From Pseudomonadota bacterium (GTDB taxonomy: Bacteria; Pseudomonadota; Alphaproteobacteria; Caulobacterales; Aquidulcibacteraceae): a stretch of DNA of 64,000 nt. The stretch lies in NCBI GenBank assembly GCA_020161405.1, contig JAIUOD010000003.1:217392-281391 (forward strand), written 5' to 3'. The position numbers were made by a program, and so were the translations under genes. Below the pieces are notes generated by a model. It had not been told where the DNA came from and ran no database searches. It worked only from the letters and a program-made list of their open reading frames with translations. This document shows positions 10,112 through 19,023 of this stretch, piece by piece; positions within the stretch are counted from its first letter, which is position 1, and each line of letters starts with the position of its first letter.

Positions 10112-11170
10112 TCACTCGTAAAAATAATTACGCTTAAAGCGATTTCCAAGGCGCGTCAAAAATTCGTATGATATTGTATTTGCACAATTTGCTTGGTCAT
10201 CAATTAGTGCATTTTTTCCAAGGAATTCAACTGTATCGCCAAATTTTACGCTTTCGACATTTGAAATGTCAATTGCGATTAAATCCATCGAAACGCGACC
10301 CAAGATTTTACATTTTGTATTTTTGATTATCGCAAAACCGCTATTTGATGCGCTTCTTAAAAAGCCATCTGCATATCCCAATGCCACCGTTGCGATATTC
10401 ATATCTTTCTTGGCAATAAAGCTTGCGCCATAGCCAATGCTTTCGCCTTTTTTTACAATTCTGGTTTGTAATATCGGCGATTTTAAAGTTACAACAGCTT
10501 CACTAAAATTATCACCAAAATCATGCGGATTTCCGCCATAAAGGCCAATGCCTGGACGTATTAAATCAAATAAATAATCATCACTAAGTAATGCGCCGCC
10601 AGATGCCGAAAGTGATTTTTCGCATTCAAAATATTCACACGCATCTTTGAATAATGATAATTGAGTGATATTTTTTGACGAATTAGGATCAGAACCACAA
10701 GCAAGATGACTTAGAACAAGTTTAAGATTCGCATTCTTACTTATTTTTTCAAAATTATTATATTCATCAAATCTAAGCCCTAATCTATTCATTCCCGTAT
10801 CAATATGAAGGGCAAATGGAAGATTTTGATTTTCCCAGATTTCATATTGTTCAATTGAATTTATTATTGGGATTAAATCAAATTCAGCCATAATTTCGCT
10901 TTGATTTGAAAAAACGCCATTTAGGACAAAAATTCTTGAAGTTGCCGAAATAAAACTTCTAGCTTTTACGGCTTCATCAAAATGGGCAACGAAAAAATCT
11001 TTGCAACCGACATCTTGGAATGCGCGCGCTGCTTCTTTTGCACCAAGACCATATGCATCAGCTTTTATAACTGCAGCAGTTGTTTTTGCGCCTAATTTAG
11101 AAAATTTAGACCAATTTCGTGCCATCGCACTAAGATTTATATCTAACACGGATTGTGTATGGTCACTCAT
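10112..11170 (-). CDS. alr: Alanine racemase
   Basis: AVIKADAYGLG (PLP lysine), DTGMNRLG, GYGA, GYADG, GRVSMD. Confidence 0.95.
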   Translation of the reverse strand: MSDHTQSVLDINLSAMARNWSKFSKLGAKTTAAVIKADAYGLGAKEAARAFQDVGCKDFFVAHFDEAVKARSFISATSRIFVLNGVFSNQSEIMAEFDLIPIINSIEQYEIWENQNLPFALHIDTGMNRLGLRFDEYNNFEKISKNANLKLVLSHLACGSDPNSSKNITQLSLFKDACEYFECEKSLSASGGALLSDDYLFDLIRPGIGLYGGNPHDFGDNFSEAVVTLKSPILQTRIVKKGESIGYGASFIAKKDMNIATVALGYADGFLRSASNSGFAIIKNTKCKILGRVSMDLIAIDISNVESVKFGDTVEFLGKNALIDDQANCANTISYEFLTRLGNRFKRNYFYE

Positions 11171-11182
11171 TATATTCTTTCA

Positions 11183-12652
11183 TCATTCTTCTAATGATAT
11201 TAGGCCGCCATTATGATCAAGATTGGTGAATTTAGTAAGCTCGGCTTGGAAGCCAAGTTTAATTTTACCAATCGCGCCATGACGTTGTTTGGCTATAATA
11301 ACTTCTGCGGTATTTTCACAGGCCGCAACTTTTTCTTGCCATTCAAAATGCTTATCTGTTCCGGGTTCTGGCTCGGTACGTAAAAGATAATAAGATTCAC
11401 GAAATACGAACATTACAACGTCGGCATCTTGCTCAATTGAGCCTGATTCACGAAGGTCAGCAAGTTGTGGGCGTTTATCATCGCGGTTTTCAACTTGTCT
11501 TGAAAGCTGTGATAATGCAATAATTGGAACGTTTAATTCCTTAGCGAGTGCTTTAAGCCCCTGCGTGATTGCCGAAACCTCTTGCACACGGTTTTCACCA
11601 GCTTTGCCACCAGTTGCGGTTACTAATTGCAAATAGTCAACCACAATCAGATGCAAATCATGGCGTCTTTGAAGCCTTCTTGCACGCGCCGCTAAAGCCG
11701 CAATTGAAAGGCCACCAGTATCATCAATATATAAAGGTAATTGACCAATTTCACGTGTCGCTTCTTCAAGATGTTTGAATTCCGCCTTACTCATCTCACC
11801 TTTGCGAATTTTATCAGAGCCGATACCTGTCCAGTCGGCTAAAATCCTTAGGGTTAATTGTTCGGCGCTCATCTCAAGGGAATAGAAGGCAACAACACCG
11901 CCATCTTTACGAACTCGATTGCCAAAATCATCTGTTTCAAAGCGATATTTTCGTGCCGCATTAAATGCAATATTGGTTGCAAGGGAGGTTTTTCCCATTG
12001 ATGGACGACCAGCCAATATCAATAGATCCGATGGATGAAGACCGCCAAGCCATCTATCCAAATCGGAAAAACCTGTTGTAACGCCAACTAATTGCGTGTC
12101 ACGATTAAGTGCCTTGAATGCATTATCAATTGTTGTTGCAAGGCTTTCAGAAAATGGAATAAAACCTGTTGATGTTGCGCCAGTTTCGGCAAGTTTATAT
12201 AGTTTTTCTTCTGATTCTTCGATGATTTTTTCGGCTGAATAAATATCATCATTAACAATCTTGGCTTCGTAACCAATTTCAGCACCAATTCTTATAAGGT
12301 CACGTCTTAGGGCCAAATCAAAAATCAGTTTTGCATAATCTTGCGCAGCTGCAGGGTCAGCAGCCGCATTAACTAAAAGTGCAAGATAGGTCGCGCCGCC
12401 AATATCAGAAAGCGTTCCATCTTGTGAAAAACGCGCATGAAGCGTCACGCCATCTGCAATATGACCTTTGGCATTAAGATTACGAATGGTTTCAAAGATT
12501 TTACCGTGAACTGGGTCGTAAAAATGCTCTGGCGCGAATTTGTCACCAACTTTTATCAAAACCTGGTTATCAAGCAGAATTGCACCCAATAGGGCTTGTT
12601 CAGCTTCCAAATTATGGGGCAGGGTTTTGATATCTTCTTCTTTTTCAGCCAT
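11183..12652 (-). CDS. dnaB: Replicative DNA helicase
   Basis: PHNLEAEQALLG, GRPSMGKT, DYLQL, LSQLSR, DLRESGSIEQDAD, KQRHG; no intein. Confidence 0.98.
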   Translation of the reverse strand: MAEKEEDIKTLPHNLEAEQALLGAILLDNQVLIKVGDKFAPEHFYDPVHGKIFETIRNLNAKGHIADGVTLHARFSQDGTLSDIGGATYLALLVNAAADPAAAQDYAKLIFDLALRRDLIRIGAEIGYEAKIVNDDIYSAEKIIEESEEKLYKLAETGATSTGFIPFSESLATTIDNAFKALNRDTQLVGVTTGFSDLDRWLGGLHPSDLLILAGRPSMGKTSLATNIAFNAARKYRFETDDFGNRVRKDGGVVAFYSLEMSAEQLTLRILADWTGIGSDKIRKGEMSKAEFKHLEEATREIGQLPLYIDDTGGLSIAALAARARRLQRRHDLHLIVVDYLQLVTATGGKAGENRVQEVSAITQGLKALAKELNVPIIALSQLSRQVENRDDKRPQLADLRESGSIEQDADVVMFVFRESYYLLRTEPEPGTDKHFEWQEKVAACENTAEVIIAKQRHGAIGKIKLGFQAELTKFTNLDHNGGLISLEE

Positions 12653-12699
12653 AGCCTAACTTACACAAGTTTGGGGAAAGAAAGATACCTGTATTGAAT

Positions 12700-12728
12700 T
12701 TACCCACAATATGAAAGTTCTATCCACA
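12700..12728 (+). promoter_or_regulatory. Two DnaA-box-like 9-mers upstream of dnaB
   Basis: TTACCCACA (12700-12708) and CTATCCACA (12720-12728), each one mismatch from TTATCCACA, same orientation, 20 bp apart. Confidence 0.5.
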
Positions 12729-12732
12729 GTTA

Positions 12733-13185
12733 TTAAGGCGTAAATCCAAGGCCAACGCCCAATCTATTCCATGCATTGATATTTGCAATTGCACTTATCA
12801 AAACAATCAATTCATTTTTGGTAAAATGCTTGCGGGTTTCATGCATGATTTCCATATTTGGAAAGTTTGCATTTATACGCGTTAATTCTTCACATAAAGC
12901 AAGCGCGGCTTTTTCTTTGACGGTGAATTGGGGTGAATCACGCCATACCGCAATTAAATCAATTTTGCTTTGTTCAAGGCCAACTTGTTTGCCAACATTA
13001 ATATGAACTTTAACGCAATAGGCACAGCCATTTAATTGTGAAGCGCGAATTTTCACAAGCTCAGTCAATTGTTTGTCATTATCCAAGGCCTTGGTCGCGC
13101 CATTCATGTCCGCTAAACCTTTGAAAATTTCGGGATATTCTTTTGCAAAATCTGGATTTGAGATCAAAGCTGCATGGTCAAACAT
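12733..13185 (-). CDS. Carboxymuconolactone decarboxylase / AhpD-like protein
   Basis: ELVKIRASQLNGCAYC..H, WRDS..F, INAWNR. Confidence 0.88.
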   Translation of the reverse strand: MFDHAALISNPDFAKEYPEIFKGLADMNGATKALDNDKQLTELVKIRASQLNGCAYCVKVHINVGKQVGLEQSKIDLIAVWRDSPQFTVKEKAALALCEELTRINANFPNMEIMHETRKHFTKNELIVLISAIANINAWNRLGVGLGFTP

Positions 13186-13204
13186 ATTAAACTCCTATAT
13201 TTAA

Positions 13205-13224
13205 ACATTAGCATAAGCTAATGT
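13205..13224. promoter_or_regulatory. Perfect inverted repeat, candidate operator of the AhpD-like gene
   Basis: ACATTAGC-ataa-GCTAATGT, 20-39 bp upstream of the ATG at 13185; no U-tract. Confidence 0.45.
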
Positions 13225-13240
13225 ATAGTGTAAAGAATAA

Positions 13241-13272
13241 AAAAGCCCCGCAAAATAAATTGCGGGGCTTTT
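13241..13272 (-). terminator. Intrinsic terminator of rpsF-rpsR-rplI
   Basis: aaaagccccgcaa-N6-ttgcggggctttt with A/T tracts on both sides. Confidence 0.9.
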
Positions 13273-13292
13273 AAATTTTAATTGTCGAAAAA

Positions 13293-13868
13293 CTATTCGC
13301 GGCCGTCTAATTCAACCGCATTTTCAGCGATTTCAGCAGCTTGTTCAGCAGCAGCAGCGCGCTCTTCTGCCAATTTAGCTTGAACAACGTCTTCACCTTT
13401 AGCTTGACGTTCAGCTTCTTCAGTTGTGCGTGCAACATTCGCTTGAATTTGCACTTCAACTTCAGGGTGAAGTTTAACATTCACACTGTGGAAGCCGATT
13501 GTTTTGATTGGTGCGTTCAAAAGAACTTGGTGACGTTCAACTTTAAAGCCAGCAGCAATAGCAGCTTCAGCAATATCGCGTGAGCTTACTGAACCATATA
13601 ATTGGCCAGATTCACCCGCAGAACGGATAAGAACGAATGCTTGACCTGCAAGATTCTCACCATTTGCGATAGCAGCTTCTTTAGCTTTTTGGTTATTAGC
13701 TTCGATTTGTGCGCGCTGCGCTTCAAACAAAGATTTGTTTGCAGCAGTTGCACGAAGAGCTTTTTTCTGTGGCAAAAGGAAGTTACGTGCAAAACCAGGT
13801 TTTACTTTAACAACATCGCCGATTGAACCAAGTTTGCCAACGCGTTCAAGAAGGATTACTTCAACCAT
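13293..13868 (-). CDS. rplI: 50S ribosomal protein L9
   Basis: [11 protein letters not shown]...[18 protein letters not shown]. Confidence 0.98.
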   Translation of the reverse strand: MVEVILLERVGKLGSIGDVVKVKPGFARNFLLPQKKALRATAANKSLFEAQRAQIEANNQKAKEAAIANGENLAGQAFVLIRSAGESGQLYGSVSSRDIAEAAIAAGFKVERHQVLLNAPIKTIGFHSVNVKLHPEVEVQIQANVARTTEEAERQAKGEDVVQAKLAEERAAAAEQAAEIAENAVELDGRE

Positions 13869-13878
13869 AATTACCCCC

Positions 13879-14136
13879 TTAAGCTACAGCATATGGCAAC
13901 AAAGCAAGGAAGCGTGCGCGTTTGATTGCGCGTGCCAACTCACGTTGTTTCTTTTGTGAAACCACAGTGATGCGTGAAGGAACGATTTTGCCTTTTTCAG
14001 ACAAGAAGCGTTGCAACAATTTAACATCTTTGTGATCAATTTTTGGCGCAGCATCACCCGAAAAAGGGCATACTTTACGACGGCGTTGGAAAGGACGACG
14101 TGTCGGAAGATTTGAAATGGTAAATTTAGTAGCCAT
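13879..14136 (-). CDS. rpsR: 30S ribosomal protein S18
   Basis: [33 protein letters not shown]. Confidence 0.98.
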   Translation of the reverse strand: MATKFTISNLPTRRPFQRRRKVCPFSGDAAPKIDHKDVKLLQRFLSEKGKIVPSRITVVSQKKQRELARAIKRARFLALLPYAVA

Positions 14137-14139
14137 TGA

Positions 14140-14544
14140 TTATGCCTCCTCTGCTTCGTCTTCAACTTCAAATTCAGAAGCTGCAAATTCAGCGCGTGCT
14201 TTAGCTTTCTTTTCTTCTTTCTCACGACGAGCAAGAATAACAGAAGGCTCATTGTCCAATTCTTCAACTTTAATAGTCAAATAACGCAAAACATCTTCAT
14301 TGATTTTCAATTGACGTTCAACTTCTGTCATTGCAGCAGCCGAAACTTCAATGTTCAACAAAGAATAATGTGCTTTGCGGTGTTTTTTGATGCGGTAAGC
14401 AAGATTACGAAGACCCCAATATTCAGTCTTTGCAACTTTACCACCAGCAGCATTGATTTGATTTGTTACTTCTTCAACAAGTGTATCAACTTGTTGCGGC
14501 GAAATATCAGGCCGCGTGATTAAAACATGCTCATAAAAAGGCAT
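14140..14544 (-). CDS. rpsF: 30S ribosomal protein S6
   Basis: MPFYEHV, EYWGLRNLAYRIKK, INEDVLRY. Confidence 0.98.
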   Translation of the reverse strand: MPFYEHVLITRPDISPQQVDTLVEEVTNQINAAGGKVAKTEYWGLRNLAYRIKKHRKAHYSLLNIEVSAAAMTEVERQLKINEDVLRYLTIKVEELDNEPSVILARREKEEKKAKARAEFAASEFEVEDEAEEA

Positions 14545-14563
14545 TGTTCATTTCCCATATTGC

Positions 14564-14657
14564 GATTGCGGCAGGAGAATTGTTGGGCAATTTCCCGATG
14601 GATCAGACACTTTCGCAAGATTTCACCATGAAACCAATACCAAGGCTGACCGCAATC
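14564..14657 (-). ncRNA. Putative structured 5' leader of the rpsF operon
   Basis: On the transcript GAUUGCGG(U)CAG pairs with CUGCCGCAAUC (11 bp, 1 bulge), enclosing smaller hairpins; it ends 19 nt before the ATG. Confidence 0.5.
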
Positions 14658-14742
14658 ATTCGATTAGAGGGGGCGTATGGCATAAAAGGTTCGAAAAATA
14701 AAGGGGCAAACTGTAATCGCCCCTTATTTCATTGCGTTTTTA

Positions 14743-16224
14743 CTATTTAAGCGCAGCAATTTCATTCGAAAGTCGATACTGTCTTAATGTAATTGAGCGC
14801 CAGTCGCCAGTGTTAAGCGCAAGTTCTTCCTTAAATTTGGTGGCAATTTCATTAAGTGAAGTTTTCAATTCCAATTCATTTGGATTATTTGAAATTTGCG
14901 ATATTGCCCACAAAGTGGCCGGTAATGCTTCAACACCGATGCTTGATAAATAATTAGTATCCAATTTATAATTACTTTTCGAAATTTCTTGGCAATGTTT
15001 CACATTATGCCATGAAATTATGCTTCCGAAATTTATAAAATTACAAATCAAAATTGTTGCGACCAATGAGCAGAAATTTGTATTTATCAGCCATAAATTA
15101 TCTTTATTAAATTGTATTTTGACGATGATTAAAAATAGCCCAAATGCAACAAGTCCCATCCAAATCAAAGCCGCAACCCTTAAATATGTTAGAGAGTAAG
15201 CATCAATATAATTTAAAGTGCGCAAAATGGATGATGTAACAAGAAATATGTTTTGTACGATCCAAAAATAAACCAGATATTTTGATTTATTATTCCCTTG
15301 TGAATTTTTCAAACCGAATAAGACAAACCACGCGGCAAGAAAAGTTGTGAAGATTAAAGGATATGCACCCCTATGTGCATATTGTGCATGCGTAAGGCCA
15401 TCAGGAAGCGGGTTGCCGCTCCATAGAAAAGTTAAATCTAATAAATTTTGTATTGCAAAAATTGCATTGAACAAAAGAAGTGAAATGAACACCGATTGTG
15501 GGTTAAAAATATAATTATAGAATGAGTTATTCTGTTCATTTTTTTCTTCAACTTTGATGGTTGAAAGAATTTTTAATTTGATTTGTGGACGAATAAAATA
15601 CCATATTGCCGATAATGTGAATGCGGTGAAAATAATTCTTTCAATTGATATAGCTTTAAAAATTACGCTTAAGTCAATCTTATCTAATGCATTTTCTAGA
15701 ATTGGGTTTGCATTATAAAACATTGCAATAAAAACAATTCCAAAAAATACTGGTGCTATTGATAATTGGATAATTTTTCCAAAACCAAATTTCTTATTTG
15801 TATTGTTATTAGAAATTTTTAAAATTCGTTTTGTGTCGATTATTATTCGTGTCCAAAACGACAAAGCCTGACCAAGGAAAATTACTATAATTTTCGGTAG
15901 AGCAATGTTTTTACGTATTTTCGGCATTAAAACTAAGGAAAAGCTTAGAAACATAAAAAAAGCAAATTGAAATAAGTTTGGTGCTTCAACCATAGATGCA
16001 GCGCTAATCAAGCATGAAAGTGCCAATAATCGGGCATTTGATAAACTGTGCAATTTAGGTTGAAAATACCAAATTGAACCAAGTAATAAGATACTAAAAA
16101 GCCCAATTGTGGAACCAATTGGGCTATTAAAAAATAGAAAATTTGCAATCGTTACTAGTAATAATGAAACTAAGATTTTTATATCTGTTCTATTATTAAA
16201 TTTAATAATTCTAGTATTTGACAT
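14743..16224 (-). CDS. DUF4173/DUF4153-family multi-pass membrane protein
   Basis: FYNANP, LDLTFLW...GLTHAQYAHRGAYPL, YIDAYSLTYLR; many TM segments. Start at 16224 follows AAAGG. Confidence 0.8.
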   Translation of the reverse strand: MSNTRIIKFNNRTDIKILVSLLLVTIANFLFFNSPIGSTIGLFSILLLGSIWYFQPKLHSLSNARLLALSCLISAASMVEAPNLFQFAFFMFLSFSLVLMPKIRKNIALPKIIVIFLGQALSFWTRIIIDTKRILKISNNNTNKKFGFGKIIQLSIAPVFFGIVFIAMFYNANPILENALDKIDLSVIFKAISIERIIFTAFTLSAIWYFIRPQIKLKILSTIKVEEKNEQNNSFYNYIFNPQSVFISLLLFNAIFAIQNLLDLTFLWSGNPLPDGLTHAQYAHRGAYPLIFTTFLAAWFVLFGLKNSQGNNKSKYLVYFWIVQNIFLVTSSILRTLNYIDAYSLTYLRVAALIWMGLVAFGLFLIIVKIQFNKDNLWLINTNFCSLVATILICNFINFGSIISWHNVKHCQEISKSNYKLDTNYLSSIGVEALPATLWAISQISNNPNELELKTSLNEIATKFKEELALNTGDWRSITLRQYRLSNEIAALK

Positions 16225-16402
16225 GATTTTACCTTTCATACTTTGTGTGAAATGTAAACATGTTCAAAAATGGGCGCAAAATTGGCTATACTTTGGTAAT
16301 ATTATGATTAACTCGTACTGGTCATTTTTCTTTTAGTTGACATGTTTTGTTGTTATTTATGCTCAAACAAGCGAATGGTGATTCGTAAATAAGGAATATA
16401 TT

Positions 16403-16759
16403 ATGACTGATGCCCCAAATTTTTACTCCCAAGAAGATATTGAATTGATTAATGAAATCGCTTCTGATGGTTCGGATATGTCGCAGCCAATGATTATTGA
16501 AATCGATATTGCGGTAAAAGATGAAGAAACAGCCCAAAAGATTTGTGATAAATTAGAAGCCGCAGAATATGATTTTGACATGTTCCAAGATGAAGAAACT
16601 GATGAGCTTGGAATTTGTGTTAATGTATCAATGCTTTTGACAGCGCAAAATGTTGGCGATGCACAAACTAAACTTCAAGAAATCGCATCTGAATTTGGCG
16701 GTGAAGTTGCAGGTTGGGGAACATTCGGCAATAATTATGACGAATTACCAGAAGACTAA
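16403..16759 (+). CDS. RraB-like (RNase E inhibitor family) acidic protein
   Basis: DGSDMSQPMIIE...FGGEVAGWGTF fits the RraB/DUF695 pattern; AAGGA RBS. Confidence 0.65.
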   Translation: MTDAPNFYSQEDIELINEIASDGSDMSQPMIIEIDIAVKDEETAQKICDKLEAAEYDFDMFQDEETDELGICVNVSMLLTAQNVGDAQTKLQEIASEFGGEVAGWGTFGNNYDELPED

Positions 16760-16780
16760 ATCTTTTAAAATCCAATTTAT

Positions 16781-16811
16781 AAGGCGGTTATTTTGAATAA
16801 CCGCCTTTTTT
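16781..16811. terminator. Bidirectional intrinsic terminator
   Basis: aaggcggttatt-ttg-aataaccgcctt plus T tract, between convergent genes. Confidence 0.88.
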
Positions 16812-17217
16812 ATTCCATAAAATTTTGATCTTTTAATTTTTTGTTGAAAGAAAAATCAGACTTTATAACAATAATCAAACCGGTTATTGCGAATAAAACC
16901 CCCAATGTGACCAATGCTTTTATAAAAACATCAATAGCAAAGATTGAAGTCCAAATTTGATCTAGAACAAGCAATCCTGCCAATTCTACGTATGGGACTA
17001 ACAAATATGCTTTATATCTTGAACCATTTTCTAAAAATGTAATCATAAGAAAACAAATCGCCAGAAAAATCACACCAATTGTTGCAAGTAATTTAATAAA
17101 AATCACTTCGCTGGCAATTTTCAACCATAATTGTCCAATTAGTAGTGCGGCCGCGAACAAAACGCATAATATCAATAGCGTTAGAAGTATTTTTTGTAAT
17201 TGACTACTGTTTTTCAC
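16810..17217 (-). CDS. Hypothetical 4-TM membrane protein with internal duplication
   Basis: GTG start directly after the DUF4177 stop; two similar halves (QLW...FIKLLATIGVIF / QIW...FIKALVTLGVLF). Confidence 0.7.
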   Translation of the reverse strand: MKNSSQLQKILLTLLILCVLFAAALLIGQLWLKIASEVIFIKLLATIGVIFLAICFLMITFLENGSRYKAYLLVPYVELAGLLVLDQIWTSIFAIDVFIKALVTLGVLFAITGLIIVIKSDFSFNKKLKDQNFME

Positions 17218-17442
17218 TTATACCAATTCTCTTTGCATAATAACCAAAAAAGCCTCGCGTGAGAAAAATAATAACATACGGCGAGATTCTTTTTCCATTG
17301 ATTTAACTTCCCAGCCTTCTGCTCCATTTCTATTTAAAAAATCAGTAAATTTAACAGGGTCAACTTTTGATCCCCCTAAAAATAATGAGCCAATCATGCT
17401 TTCACGGTAAATTACTACTTTATATTCATATTTTTTTGCCAT
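17218..17442 (-). CDS. DUF4177 domain protein
   Basis: YEYKV...LNRNGAEGWE...QRE; GAGG RBS. Confidence 0.8.
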   Translation of the reverse strand: MAKKYEYKVVIYRESMIGSLFLGGSKVDPVKFTDFLNRNGAEGWEVKSMEKESRRMLLFFSREAFLVIMQRELV

Positions 17443-17592
17443 TCGTGCCTCAACTAATTAAGCCTTAAATAAATAACATTTTTGTTTATATTTTAAATTT
17501 CAAGTTTTGTTCTTAAAGTCAACAATTCATTCTTGATTATTTATGATATTTCTTTCGTTTTATTCTGTTTGAGAAAGCCTTGCAACAAATCC

Positions 17593-17621
17593 TTGTCCAG
17601 AGGTAGGAAATATAATATAGC
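17593..17621 (+). promoter_or_regulatory. Sigma70-like promoter placing +1 at or near the trhP ATG (leaderless)
   Basis: TTGTCC (17593)-N17-TATAGC (17616), then 6 nt to the ATG at 17628; no SD. Confidence 0.45.
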
Positions 17622-17627
17622 CCGCGC

Positions 17628-18977
17628 ATGACAAAATTAAAACGCCCTGAATTATTATCGCCTGCGGGTACTGTGAAATCTATGCGCCATGCTTTTGCTT
17701 ATGGTGCTGATGCTGTTTATGCGGGGGTTCCGCGCTATTCTTTGCGTGTGCGCAATAATACAATGTCGAAAGACGATAATCTTGCAAACTCAATTCATGA
17801 GGCGCATTCGATTGGTAAAAAACTTTACGTTGCCGCCAATCTTTTCCCGCACAATAATAAGGTTGGAACCTTTATTGAGGATATGGAACCAGTAATAGAG
17901 GCAAAGCCTGATGCTTTAATCATGGCAGACCCTGGTTTAATAATGCTTGTGCGTGAAAAATGGCCCGATATGCCAATTCATTTATCGGTTCAGATGAATA
18001 CAATGAATTATCAGGCAGTTAGGTTTTGGAAATCAATTGGCGTTGAACGTGTGATTTTATCGCGCGAATTATCACTTGATGATGTTGAACGCATTCGCCA
18101 AGAATGCCCTGATACTGAACTTGAAGTTTTTGTTCATGGCGCGCTTTGTATTGCATATTCTGGGCGTTGTTTATTATCTGGCTATTTTAGTCACCGCGAT
18201 GCAAACCAAGGTACATGCACGAACACATGCCGCTGGAAATATAACACACATGAGGCGGAGGAAACCGAAACTGGTGATATTCTCCCTATCAAGGCATTCG
18301 AACGCCCACAATTATTTTCAAACGCAGGGCATGAACGCCATCCAGAAGCCGATAAAGTTTACTTCCTTGAAGAAGAAAACCGCAAAGGCGAATTAATGCC
18401 CGTCTATGAAGATGAAAATGGCACATATATAATGAATTCCAAAGACCTTCGCGCCATTGAGCATGTCGAAAGATTGGTAAAAATGGGTATTGATTGTCTT
18501 AAAATCGAAGGCCGTACAAAATCCCATTATTATGTGGCGCGCACCGCGCAGGCCTATTCAAAAGCTATTGATTTGGCGGTCGAAGGAAAGCCATTTGATC
18601 CAAAACTTATCGGCGTTCTCGAAAATCTTGCAAATCGTGGATACACTGATGGCTTTTATAAACGCCATGATACTTCTGAATATCAAAAATATATTGAAAA
18701 TGCATCGCGCAGCCAACTTCAAATGTTTGTTGGTGAAGCAATTGGGCGTGATGGCGATGATTTGATTGTTCAGGTTAAAAATCGCTTTGAAAAAGGTGAT
18801 AAGGTTGAAATGGTTCTGCCAAATGGTCAAAACCGCGATATAGTGATTGATGATATGCGTAATGCAGAAACCAATGAACCAATGGATGTTGCATTAGGCA
18901 GCCACTATCAAATCCGCATTCCCGCAAAAGGAATTGATAGTGATTTGGTGTTGATTTCTAAATATCTAAGCGTTTGA
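17628..18977 (+). CDS. trhP: U32 family, prephenate-dependent tRNA uridine(34) hydroxylase TrhP (YegQ)
   Basis: PELLSPAG, AYGADAVYAG.PRYSLRVRNN, Fe-S motif HGALCIAYSGRC...QGTCTNTCRW, LKIEGRTKS. Confidence 0.92.
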   Translation: MTKLKRPELLSPAGTVKSMRHAFAYGADAVYAGVPRYSLRVRNNTMSKDDNLANSIHEAHSIGKKLYVAANLFPHNNKVGTFIEDMEPVIEAKPDALIMADPGLIMLVREKWPDMPIHLSVQMNTMNYQAVRFWKSIGVERVILSRELSLDDVERIRQECPDTELEVFVHGALCIAYSGRCLLSGYFSHRDANQGTCTNTCRWKYNTHEAEETETGDILPIKAFERPQLFSNAGHERHPEADKVYFLEEENRKGELMPVYEDENGTYIMNSKDLRAIEHVERLVKMGIDCLKIEGRTKSHYYVARTAQAYSKAIDLAVEGKPFDPKLIGVLENLANRGYTDGFYKRHDTSEYQKYIENASRSQLQMFVGEAIGRDGDDLIVQVKNRFEKGDKVEMVLPNGQNRDIVIDDMRNAETNEPMDVALGSHYQIRIPAKGIDSDLVLISKYLSV

Positions 18978-19023
18978 TTTATAAACAATATGCATTTAAA
19001 GCTCTTAATATATGGAGTTTAAA

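Noticed and set aside
11183-12652. Intein in DnaB
   Set aside because: Normal length and contiguous motifs.
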